From Octopus vulgaris (taxonomy: Eukaryota), in the NCBI GenBank assembly GCA_951406725.2, contig OX597831.1, positions 74,276,001 through 74,340,000 of the forward strand: a stretch of DNA of 64,000 nt. Reading direction: 5' to 3'. The notes beneath the pieces are model-generated. The model did not search any database. It saw nothing but the letters and a program-made list of their open reading frames with translations, and had not been told where the DNA came from. Position numbers and translations under genes: made by a program. This document shows, piece after piece, positions 14,520-27,381 of this stretch (the first letter of the stretch is position 1; each line of letters begins with the position of its first letter).

Positions 14520-14592
<73 letters not shown>

Positions 14593-14852
14593 GACTACAC
14601 ACACACACGCACGCACACACACACACATACACACACGCACACACACATACACACACGTACACACACACATACACACACCACACACACACACACATACGCA
14701 CACGTACACACACACATACACATACGCACACACACACACATACACAATGACATACACCCACACAAATACACACATATACATTTATACATACACACATATG
14801 TACAAATATATATATATACAAACTTGCATGTATGTATATCTACCTACCCACA

Positions 14853-14896
<44 letters not shown>

Positions 14897-14897
14897 A

Positions 14898-14949
<52 letters not shown>

Positions 14950-15342
14950 GTCTGTCTGTCTATCATCTATCTATCTCTATCTATCTATAAACACACACAC
15001 ACACACAGGAAAATCACTTATATTTTTGACAGTAACATATTTCGTCTTAGTTTATACTGTTGTGCAAAAAAGTGTTTATACATACATACATACACACATA
15101 CATACATATATTTATATATAATATATATGCACATATGCGTGTGTATGTGTGTGTGTGTGTGTGTGTATGCTTATGTACACTTATATATATCGCTGAATGT
15201 ATCCGTAAGAGTGATCTCCACGCAGATGTCGCTGACTACTTATATGAATTTATTATTTATATTTTACACTCCTTCATGTGATAACACAACAAAAATACTA
15301 CTTATAAAACACACACGCATACACACAAACACACACACAAAT

Positions 15343-15386
<44 letters not shown>

Positions 15387-15652
15387 AGAGAGAGAGAAAG
15401 AGAGATTGGTGGGTGCAATGTTTAGACAAAGTTCTTTTGCACGGTGCATAGCGTTGTTCGTTTTCGTGGCCGCGGCAAGAGCCATTTTGTTTTCGTAACG
15501 TAGACAATATATATAATATTAATGTTTGTTCAAAGATACCAGTTCGTAGACTATCAAGCATTTGTGGACTTTTAGATAAGAAGTACATTTCAATGATTAT
15601 ACTATATGTATATATATATATATATATCTAAATGCAAATCAGTCTGTCTGTT

Positions 15653-15717
<65 letters not shown>

Positions 15718-15721
15718 GTCC

Positions 15722-15820
<99 letters not shown>

Positions 15821-16080
15821 AATCTATCTATCTATCTACCTATCTATCTCTCTATCTATCTGTCCATCTCTCTGTCTGTCTGTCTGTCTAAGCAGGAAAG
15901 ATTATATATATGTTTGTATATGTTCGAAAATATAAGGACACAGATAGTGTGTCGTATAGCCAGCTAGAAACGATGTCTCTTGAGGTTAACGAACAGTAAC
16001 AACGTCCCTTCCAGGACGGTCAGAATATGTTGGCAATTTGCTTTTACTATATATATATATGTATATATATATATACATAT

Positions 16081-16483
<403 letters not shown>

Positions 16484-16649
16484 ATGCATATATGTATATT
16501 TGCATATTTATATTTGTATATAGGAAGGGTATCCGTTGTAGAAACTATGCCTAATCTGAATGAGACCGGGTGCTGTTCCCAAAGTTACTAGTTTCAGTCA
16601 AACCGTCCAACCCATGCCGGCACTGAAAACGGACGTTAAATGATGATAA

Positions 16650-16694
<45 letters not shown>

Positions 16695-16829
16695 TATACG
16701 TGTGTGTGTGCGCGCGCGTATGGATATACATGTATATATGTATACAGATATATAATATATATATATGAGTTTGTTAAACTATGTATGTCTATGCATTTAC
16801 ATATATGTATATGTATATGCATATAGACG

Positions 16830-16881
<52 letters not shown>

Positions 16882-17525
16882 CGTGTATATGCATATATTC
16901 GCAATATATATATACGTGTGTATATGAATTTGTGCATGTGTATATGTGTATTATGTGTGTGCGTGCGTTTATATGTTTACGTGTGTGCATATGTATGTTT
17001 ATTGTTTGTATGTTTTTGTGTGTGTAAGTGTAAGTGTGCGCGCGCATGCGTGCGTGCGTCAGTCTATACCGAAATTGATATATTGCAAAACCTTGTCTAT
17101 TTAATTTCCCAACACACCCTGTGACTTAGCGAAAGAAAAAGAAAAAAAAAAACACAGAAAGAAATGAAAGAGAGATAAAAAAAAAAGGAGCCAAAAAAAA
17201 CACAAAAAACAAACACCAAATGCTTTTGTGAGACGTCGGAATTCATATAGAGAAAACAACAACAACAACATCAACAACAACATGAGAAAAACTAATCGCG
17301 TTCGGGTTAATAAGCAACGTCGACGACGACAACAATAACAACAACATCAACAACAAGAAACGTTATTAATAATAAGAGCAACATCGTGATAACATCAGCC
17401 ATAAATGTAATTCAGGAAGAAGCAATAACAACAACAGCAACAACAACGAAAAGCAACGTCATTCGTACCCCCCCCTCTCTCTCGCTCTCCTCCCCCTCCC
17501 CCCTTCTCTCTCTCTCTATATATAT

Positions 17526-17582
<57 letters not shown>

Positions 17583-17591
17583 CATACATAA

Positions 17592-17647
<56 letters not shown>

Positions 17648-17790
17648 GCATATAAACATCCATACAAATATACTACGTACGTATTTCATGAATAATGCTG
17701 TGGATACATCAACAATAACAACAGCTACAAGATTAACAGCAGCAATACAATACACACACACACACACATATATGTATGTATATATGTATA

Positions 17791-17857
<67 letters not shown>

Positions 17858-17935
17858 GTATATATATTATATATACATATCTATATATATATATGTATAT
17901 ATATATATACGTATATATATATATACATATATATG

Positions 17936-17980
<45 letters not shown>

Positions 17981-18071
17981 TATATGTAGATATGTATGTC
18001 TGTGTATATATATATATGCATATATATATATACGTATATTAATACGTATATTAATACGTATATTATACGTA

Positions 18072-18138
18072 AAATTAATTTACTCTGCTATGTATTGAGT
18101 ACCTTATTTACTGTGGTTAACCCCGACTCAACCCGGGA

Positions 18139-18180
<42 letters not shown>

Positions 18181-18249
18181 GGTCCCGGGTTGAGTCGGGG
18201 TTAACCACAGTAAATAAGGTACTCAATACATAGCAGAGTAAATTAATTT
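18072..18249. repeat. 69-bp perfect inverted repeat around (TA)n
   Basis: 18072-18140 is the exact reverse complement of 18181-18249; the spacer is a TA tract. Confidence 0.92.
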
Positions 18250-18262
18250 ATTTTATAGAAGG

Positions 18263-18313
18263 AGCTTCTACAGAACTAGAACTGTTTCATTCAAATGAAA
18301 TCATCAGGAAGCT
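18263..18313 (-). ncRNA. Type I hammerhead ribozyme motif
   Basis: Minus strand: AGCTTC CTGATGA t-TTC-attt-GAA-t GAA ACAG ttctagtt CTGT A^ GAAGCT. Homologue of 3478-3528; the differences fall at N7 and in loops. Confidence 0.75.
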
Positions 18314-18495
18314 TGCTGTCAAAATAAGTCTTGGCATTTATACGTTTAAGCAGATTTAACGGGGTGGTGGTGGGGGACATTTTCTGGGTAAGCAGGGCAC
18401 AAACTTTCTTTCTTAGGGAAGTGGTCAAAAGAGTCAGTGATAAAGTAAATAGAGTTTTAGGTAAATTAGAAGACTATCGCTTTTGAGAGAATCAA

Positions 18496-18707
18496 CCATT
18501 TAAAAGACCACAATGAACAATTTCATTTAGAATGGTTGATTCTCTCAATTTCGATACCATATGACAAAGGCAAGAAATTCTGTCTTCTCTGCAATTCTGA
18601 GCTATTTTTCATTATTTTTTCTAAAAAATACTCTAGTAACCACGGTTATAGAGCGAGCATACAGATGTAAACATTGGCAAAAGCATACATTTAGTGCATA
18701 TAAGTAG
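18496..18707 (+). pseudogene. C-terminal relic of a Penelope-like GIY-YIG endonuclease/RT ORF
   Basis: Manual translation HLKDHNEQFHLEWLILSISIPYDKGKKFCLLCNSELFFII...(frameshift)...CKHWQKHTFSAYK* resembles the PLE C-terminal W-x-I-L...PY...CxLC...CRH pattern. Confidence 0.6.
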
Positions 18708-18908
18708 TCTCTATCATTATATATAATTTAAACTTTAATTTCCTTTATATTTAACATTCACTATTAATATCCTTACTCTTTCTGTAAGCTACTTATGACG
18801 TTATATCATATAACGTTTTTTTAAACAATATTAATAGCGTTCTGTCTATCGCTATACAAATCCATCATTTTTTGCTAAAATGTCTTATTGACGAGTTTCG
18901 TTTTTTTC

Positions 18909-18994
18909 ACTTTCCTGTCGAGAAGATTGCATTGTTTATACCATTTATTCTTTTGAATAGTATCAGTGGAATTTTCGAAACATGTGTCGAAAGT
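18909..18994 (+). ncRNA. Type I hammerhead motif with long stem II and CUGUCGA core
   Basis: ACTTTC CTGTCGA GAAGATT-g-CATTG...CAGTG-g-AATTTTC GAA AC atgt GT C^ GAAAGT: perfect 6-bp stem I, about 12-bp stem II with G-U pairs, GUC site at 18986-18988. Confidence 0.65.
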
Positions 18995-19185
18995 AAAAAT
19001 ATTTGATTACACCTGCGTTAACTCCAATTTTTTATTCATATTATTCAAAATATTCAACGTAAACACGAAGTTTCTACCTTTATAAACAAGGAGTTACAAC
19101 ACCTTTACTTGTGAGATTTTTGCTGCCCTGGTAACTATTTATTTATTTTTTCCGTGTTAATTGTTAACAAGGTAAAAATACACTC

Positions 19186-19232
<47 letters not shown>

Positions 19233-19239
19233 CCTACAT

Positions 19240-19282
<43 letters not shown>

Positions 19283-19627
19283 CATGCATGCATACATACA
19301 TACATACATACATACATTCGTGCACGTACAAAAGAGGAATTAGAAATACCGGCGAATACTTTATAGGCACTCTGTAGGAACCAAGCTTAGCTAACTAAAG
19401 TATTGAGTAATCCTACTGTTTAATATACTTGATTAGTACATCGCAGAATTATGTAATACCAACGTATCCGAAACTTATGTAAGCTGATTAAAAATGTATA
19501 ATTCTCCATTACGTACATATACATATACATAGATACATAAATATATATATACATACATACATACATAATTGTGCGTGTCTGTGAGTATGTGTGTGTGTGT
19601 GTATAGTTTTATATATATATATATTGT

Positions 19628-19721
<94 letters not shown>

Positions 19722-20401
19722 TCATTTGTATGATACATTCGACATTCCTCCATTGTGTCCAGTCTCCCTCGCAAAGATATTGATACCAAACAAACTCCAA
19801 TTAATTTTTAATCTGTATTGAATATTTTTGGTGAAAAATACTTCGTTTTTAGATTAGTTCAGATATAAATGTTGGCGCATGCGTGTATCTTATCATCCAC
19901 ACACATACATGTCCTCACACATCCACGCACATATACACGCATACCCTTACTAAAACCAACGTGCATATACATGTACACATGCATACGTCTATGACAATAA
20001 ATATAAACCGAAAAATCAAATATATATACACACATACATATACGTAAGTATATAACTATATATATACACGCATATACGTATGTGTAATTGTATCTATTTA
20101 TGTATGCATGTATATATGCATGAATATATGTGTATAAATATATGCATGTATATATGTGTTTAAATATATATTGATATTTAATTATATGTATATATATATA
20201 TATGTATATATATATAAATATATATATACATGTATATATATATATGTGTGTATATATATATATATATACATACATTTATATATATATATATATACATACA
20301 CATATATATATATATTTGTATTTATGTCTGATGTATGTTTTTGTGTGTGTATGCGTCTGTGAGTATCAGTAAGTGTGTGTGTGGGTGCGTGCATATGTGT
20401 G

Positions 20402-20479
<78 letters not shown>

Positions 20480-21116
20480 CGTGTGTGTGTATGTGTGTAA
20501 TGGTAGAAGACATATTGCCGACGCAGGAAACAAATGGAACATCTTTTGGAAATTGATATAAAACAATATCGAAATTTTGGCCTGGAACTATGGATCGTGT
20601 TTATGGGCGGGGTGGCGAACGGATGGATGGAGGGGCAGGATGTATTAGAGTTTGAATAAAGGGTGGGTGGGTGTTTGTAGATAAGGAACGGCAGATACAG
20701 AATAGTGTAGAGGGGAGTGCAGAAGTGTGCCTATGACAGGATAGAGTGGAGGGTAGAGTACATGGGGACGGAACGGTGGAAGGGTGTATGGTGAGTTGTG
20801 ATGGTGGTGGTGGTGGTGGCGTTGGTGGGGGAGTTGGTGGTGGAGGTGCTGATGGTGCTGGTGGAGCGGAGAAGAGTGAAAGAAGAAATAAAGGAAAGGA
20901 AAGAAAAGAATAAGAGTGAAAACAAGAGAAAGGACGGCGGAAAACGGTAAAAAGTTGAAAGGAAATTGGTTGGGGGGGTTGTGAATGGGACGAGGGGAAA
21001 CTAATTGGGAGATGTGTGGATATGTGGATGGATGGATGGATGGATGGAAAGACAGATACAGAGATAGACAGGACGATAGCAAGACTGATAGATAAACTGA
21101 TAAATAGCTAGGCCGA

Positions 21117-21187
<71 letters not shown>

Positions 21188-21190
21188 ATT

Positions 21191-21284
<94 letters not shown>

Positions 21285-21296
21285 TATATTCTATTT

Positions 21297-21398
<102 letters not shown>

Positions 21399-21905
21399 CA
21401 TGTATGTATTGTGTGTATATATATAGATGTATATACCTATATATATATGTATATATATACATACATATTTAGAGCGGAAGAAAGATAGACAGACAGACAG
21501 ACAGACAGATTGATAGATAGATAGGCAAGTAAGCAGGTAGGTAGGTAGGTAGGTAGGTAGGTAGGTAGGTAGGTAGGTAGGTAGGCAGGCAGAGAAACGT
21601 AGAGAGAAAGAGAGAAAAAGAAAGGTAAATTGTAAAGGGGAAGTGGTGTGAGAACGAAACAAGTAGAACGAATAAGGTAACGGATGTTATACCTATTTAC
21701 ATAAATCACACGCGCGCGCGAACACACACACACACACACACACACCAGCACAAACATATACCCGCGCGCATGTCTCTCAGCTCGAGTTTCACAACACTGC
21801 GATCTTCAGACAAAAATAAATAAACCGTGTACTCTTTAACATCTAGTGAATATCCCATTCCTCATTCGCTGTCGACATACATCCACGCTTGTGTGAGTGT
21901 ATGTA

Positions 21906-22085
<180 letters not shown>

Positions 22086-22127
22086 CACACACACACATAC
22101 ACACATATGTATATATATATATATTCA

Positions 22128-22515
22128 CAGGGTTCGGTGAATAAACTGTCGTCTAAATTACGCAAAAGTGAAAATAACACTCACAACTCATTTTAACATA
22201 TATTTACCAAAATTACATAAAAATATCTTGAAATACTAAAGAGTAAATTTATTCAATAAAATCGTCATTGGCTTCAACCACGGCCTTCAGATGACTTTGG
22301 AATCTCCTGGAACTCTTCTGCACGGTCTCCTTGTTTAAGTTGGTGAATGCTGCCATAATCGTTGTCTTTAGTTCATCTTTGGTGTTACAAGGAATTTTGT
22401 TAGTCTCTCTCTCTTAACTGCGCTCCACACATAATAATCAAGGGGGTTGCAGTGGTTGCAAAAATTGTCTAACAGCCATGACTGGTTTCTCCTGTTTGTG
22501 TGCATGGTGCACGCA
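22128..22515 (-). mobile_element. maT-type (DD37D) Tc1/mariner 3' fragment
   Basis: TIR CAGGGTTCGGTGAATAAACTGTCG and C-terminal sequence homologous to 37400-37774 and 57300-57571. Confidence 0.8.
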
Positions 22516-22974
22516 CATTTTTCAAAATGGCGATGTGATCTTTTTCCTTCCGTCTTCCTTTTATATTGGACTTTCCTCTGTTTCCGAAGAAGAGCTCTGC
22601 TCGAAAGCGTCAGCTAATACTTTATACGTTACACTTCCTCGCGTTCTTGTTTTTTTATTTGTTCTTCGTTTTTTTTTTATATATATATTTGTGTGTGTGT
22701 ATGTGTGTGTGTGTGTGTGTGTGTGTACTAGTTTATGTCAACGGATTTTCTATAAGGTTTAGAGCGAGAAAATCTGTTGAGCTACACTTAAAAAAATGTA
22801 AACAAATTCCTAACACAACTGCAAAACGCTATATCAACTTGTAAACCTGTCATATACTTGGTAGCCTTTTCGGGTTGCAAAGCGAAATACGGTATCCCTA
22901 TCAGTAATTTACTCACACACGCACACACACGAACACACAAACGTTTATATATATACAGAGAGAGAGGAAAAGGA

Positions 22975-23230
22975 AGAAAGAAGATGAAGAAGAATAAGAA
23001 GATGAAGAAGAAGAGGATGAAGAAGAAGAGGAAGAAGAAGTAGAAGAAGAAGAGAAGGAAGAAGAAGAAGAAATAGAAGAAGTAGAAGAAGAAGAAGAAG
23101 AAGAAGAAGAAGAAGAAGAAGAAGAAGAAGAAGAAGAAGAAGAAGAAAAAGAAGAAAAAAAAGAAGACAGAAGAAGAAAAAGAAGAAGAAGAAAAAGAAG
23201 AAAAAAAAGAAGAAGACAGAAGAAGAAAAA

Positions 23231-23263
<33 letters not shown>

Positions 23264-23430
23264 AAAGAAGAAGAAAAACAAGAAAAACAAGAAGAAAAAG
23301 AAGAAAAAGAAAAAGAAGAAAAAGAAGAAAAAGAAGAAGAAAAAAGAAGAACAAGAAAAAGAAGAACAAGAAGAAGAAGAAAAAGAAGAAAAAGAAGAAG
23401 AAAAAGAAGAAGAAGTAGAAGAAGAAGAAG

Positions 23431-23462
<32 letters not shown>

Positions 23463-23525
23463 GAAGAAGAAGAAGAAGAAGAAGAAGAAGAAGAAGAAGA
23501 AGAAGAAGAAGAAGAAGAAGAAGAA
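22975..23525. repeat. (GAA)n imperfect microsatellite
   Basis: About 550 bp of GAA/AAA variants, with in-frame stops on the plus strand. Confidence 0.95.
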
Positions 23526-23824
23526 AGAGAGAGAGATGGATGATCTGGGGATTTTCAATGGAACGGAGAATGCTAAAATAGTGTTTTAAATTCAAGTGGA
23601 ATAATAAGGGTTACTCAAAACTGAGTGATTGTGAGTCGCTACTCAGAGTTTGTCGTTTCCATTTTCTCTGGAAATTTTTTTTTCTTATAAACAACAATCA
23701 GGGGTTTACTCAAGGGACATCTGAGTTGGGGCAGAAATTTTAGGCCAGAGAATAATAATGGGAATAAGAGTGGAGAGGGAAGAAGGTTTGGGGGGATGGA
23801 AGTGTAGGATAGGTTGGGATGGTA

Positions 23825-23892
23825 TAAATCCTTAAAATGCTTTAAAATGTTTTAGCCCGAAGGCCGCGGCCATGCTGGGCCACCACTGCTGA
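23825..23892 (-). mobile_element. Very short 3'-terminal LINE-like fragment
   Basis: Matches 60739-60804. Minus strand GGTGGCCCAGCATGGCCGCGGCCTTCGGGCTAAAACA with AAGGATTT tail, related to the SINE tails. Confidence 0.55.
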
Positions 23893-24434
23893 AATGGTGA
23901 AGATTTGCAGGTTAGGACAGCTATGAAGAGAATGACGAAGAGGAAGAAGTAGGAGGAGGGAAAGGAGGATAAGGAAGAAGAGGAGTAGGAAGAAGAAGAA
24001 GGTAATGATGATGATAAGGAAGGGGAGGAGGAGGAAGAGACCACGTGATTGCTAAGCTAACTTCTTCATTCGGACATGCTATAAATCTTATTGAATATAC
24101 AATTACAGAAATAATTAGACAAGACATTAAAAAAAAAGAATAGGAAATAAGGGGAGGCGGGAGGGGGGAAGGGAGGAATATTTAGATTTAAGGTGACCAT
24201 CCCGACAGTAAGTTCTTAATGCTAAATGGATTGGTATCATAACTTGGCCTCGCGATGGAAACGAGGTCGTGAGGTATTTTTGAAAGAAATGAAGAATTTT
24301 GGAGAGATATTGGCATTGTATATTGGGGTAAATGTAAAGAGAGAGGAGGTGGATGGGTGTGAGTTTGAAGGGTGAGCTATTGGGCCAAGTTCTGAAAGGC
24401 CTATGTTCACTTAAATGCGCTTAAACACACACAC

Positions 24435-24492
<58 letters not shown>

Positions 24493-26961
24493 ACTTATAT
24501 ATACACATATGTACATGCACTCACCCACACAAACCTTCATGCACACAGGCATTCACAATGATACACATTTACAAAAGAAGAAAATAAAAGTTAAACGTGA
24601 CAACTAAGTTTCGCCTCTGATCGGTTTTATTTAACTTCGTACTTACATGCTCGGGTACATCTTAAGGGTGGAGAATAATGAGCGGCTTTTAGGCAGGGTT
24701 TATGGAAGTTAAAACAAATGCAATTTATAGAAATAAAAAAAAATGGAATTGGTGCTGCAAATATTCTTGGTGGTTCTTCGTTGCAGCTCATTCGCTACCC
24801 TCTCTGCGTGGCGTGTTTGTTTTTTAGCCTACCTTGTGTATATTCGTCGGAGCTGTATTTTTTTTTTTTTTTTACAGAAAAAGAAAATGCTATTTCGGTA
24901 AACGGAATCACTAGCATGAAGTGACTGCAACAGCGTTCTGCATCAAAGATATACTGTTAAAGAAGTGAACTGGATGCTATAAAACACACGATTCTCTCAG
25001 AAGGAAAAAAACTAGCTATTTAGATAAAAGAACTGCGGCCATGTAACTCAAATTGTTGATCTGTGAGTCTTAAATTACTTAATATTTGTAACAGACAACA
25101 AATATTATTGATAAGATATTTTTTCTTTATCCTGGCGCCCTTTATGTTGTCCCTTAAAGGGATTTTATAATTTATGGTTTTGCTATCAAATAGTTTTCTT
25201 TTCATTTTCTTTTTTTCTTAAGGAAAATAATATCTGTGTTAAGGTCTAATATGGCCGCCAATGCTATTTCAGATTTTTTGCTTATCCATGAACAACTTTT
25301 TCTTTAAATTTGCTGTTTAGTCTGTTGATATGAAAGTATTCACAGTAACGTCCTTATTTCATCTCTTTTTTTTTTATAGTGGCAGCGAGGGATATATTAA
25401 TCAAAATAACTTGTTAGTATTGTCGAAAATAAAGTTTTAGATATATTTTCCACTTATCTCTAGAATGCTTCGTGTCCAAGTACCATAAAGGCTGTTGGCA
25501 AAAATCTCCTTTTCTACGTTAAGAAATATATGGATTGTAATAATGGCAGCTATGTAGGCCACAAACTGCAAAGCGTCCATAATTCATTGATGGCAGACGT
25601 TCTGGTGAAATTAGCGTTTTCTACTTCGAGCTTTTGTTACGAAACTCTTGCTTAGCATAAAAATTAAAATATTCAAAATGTCTGACCAAGACAGCTATGT
25701 TCTAAAATTAAGGGCTCCGATTTGGTGTCCGTAGTAATCGAAAAATAAAAAAGATTGTCAAAAACAGTATTGTATAATCAGATTTAGCTATAATCTTACA
25801 ACATGGATTATCTCCCTCAAATTCCCTCCATGCCTAGGATTTTTTTCTGCAGTCGTTGATGTAGGGTTGATCATAAAAAAGACAATGTTGTTATCTCATC
25901 GCTTCCAGAAGATCTGTGTAGGCCTGTGTGTCTGGCAAACTAATCCAAACACAAGAAGTACATCTGATAAGTTTTTCTTCAGTTTTGTGAAGCTGTCTGC
26001 AGTTGGTGCAATGTATGAGTAACTTTCTCAGCTCTGGATATTACTGGTTGAAGTGAACCTATGACATGGCTTTTAGTACACGTCTCTTCTTGGAAGAATC
26101 ACTGAAAATAATCAACTCGGTTCCTGTTATTATGAATCGTTAATCGCTGATTGGTTGACAAAATTAATGACTTACTGTAATTAGCTGGTGTTGAAAAAAA
26201 AATTTCACCAGTACAGTAAAATACGATGCAACTAGAACAGAACCAAACGCACACCAATTTGTAACGATATCAAACATGGGGTCATGCATGGAACACCGAC
26301 TATAAAACATGTGGCTCTCCGAATGTTACGCACAAATGGTAATGTTCACCGCAACGTAAGATAATCGCGACAGAACCAAATGATAATCTCCTATCAATTT
26401 AAGGATTTCATTGGCAGCCCCAAAAAGTAAGTCATAAGGTTCGTTCCCAATGAGTGACTAATAAACCGTTTGCCCTCTTTGGTGTTCTAAATTAGTGAAG
26501 AAAAATTCTTCATTACCAAACGAAACCATAATATTATTTGATAATTCTACCCATAAATCCTTGTTTGCAGCAACAGGTTTTTCCCATCCCGTGTACTGAG
26601 ATAGTGAAGGGTAATTTCCCACGAATCCTCATCTGCTTAACACTGCTGATAAATGCCAAATATCTGTTATTCACCTTGCTTGTACGTAGTCGATACCCAT
26701 TTCCGGTTACCAAGCACGACTGACTTGCTAAAATTAAGAAATTCAGTGGAATGGTTGGAATTGTAAAAAGACAATAAATAAACAGACATAAATGAAAATA
26801 TAAATAGTAAACATAAACGAAACCAATAATAAACATGAATAACAAAAATAGTGTGGAAATTATTATTATTATTATTGTTGTTGTTGGTGGTGGTGGTGGT
26901 GGTGTTATTATTATTATTGTTATTATTCGTGAATGTTACATATTAAAATGTACTGAAATGC

Positions 26962-27258
26962 TTAAAGTATGAAAGAAAGGCCAAGTATGTATAAAACAGT
27001 AATAAACGCTAGAAAGCCCAGCACGGTTATTGTATAAGAACCGTAGTTAATCCACAACGGCACTGATATACAGAGAAATATTGCTGCAAGAAGATAAAAG
27101 ATATTCTTGGGCATTCTATTTCTTAATAGCACATAATGGCCGGTAATCTTTGGTGTTTTCTTGCAAGAGCGACAGTTGCAAGAACAGCAACAGGAACAAC
27201 AACAATCGAACAGCGCCAAAAGTCGAGCAGCATCTGAATTACGTCGCGTGGCAGTCAT
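26962..27258 (-). CDS. Putative 98-aa small membrane protein (Cys cluster plus two hydrophobic helices)
   Basis: MTATRRNSDAARLLALFDCCCSCCCSCNCRSCKK...NIFYLLAAIFLCISVPLWI-NYGSY-TITVLGFLAFITVLYILGLSFIL*. Non-repetitive sequence; open frame extends to 27465, with an alternative ATG at 27321. Confidence 0.5.
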   Translation of the reverse strand: MTATRRNSDAARLLALFDCCCSCCCSCNCRSCKKTPKITGHYVLLRNRMPKNIFYLLAAIFLCISVPLWINYGSYTITVLGFLAFITVLYILGLSFIL

Positions 27259-27312
27259 CTTATCAGAGATGACGAAATGAAATAGTAAAGAAATCGGAGA
27301 TTCGGATTTGAA

Positions 27313-27320
27313 TGACGTCA
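27313..27320. promoter_or_regulatory. Perfect palindromic CRE (TGACGTCA) in a putative bidirectional promoter
   Basis: Lies near the middle of the 123-bp gap between the divergent ATGs at 27258 (-) and 27382 (+). Confidence 0.45.
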
Positions 27321-27381
27321 TAATGCGTCTGTAGATAGTAAGGCATTTTGTATGCCTACTTGAAGTGAGTCCTTCAAAGAA

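Larger units (their letters stand above)
18178..19190. mobile_element. Penelope-like retroelement remnant(s) with inverted arrangement
   Basis: Minus-strand terminal repeat with hammerhead (18178-18480) is joined, via a short inverted repeat (18483-18500 / 18531-18548), to a plus-strand coding relic, an AT-rich UTR and a second hammerhead. Flanked by (TA)n on both sides. Confidence 0.7.

Noticed and set aside
22575-22616. CCGAAGA-a-GAGC-tct-GCTC-GAAAGCGTC hammerhead-like motif
   Set aside because: Probably a distant, decayed relative of family A; stems I and III are broken, so it is not listed as a feature.
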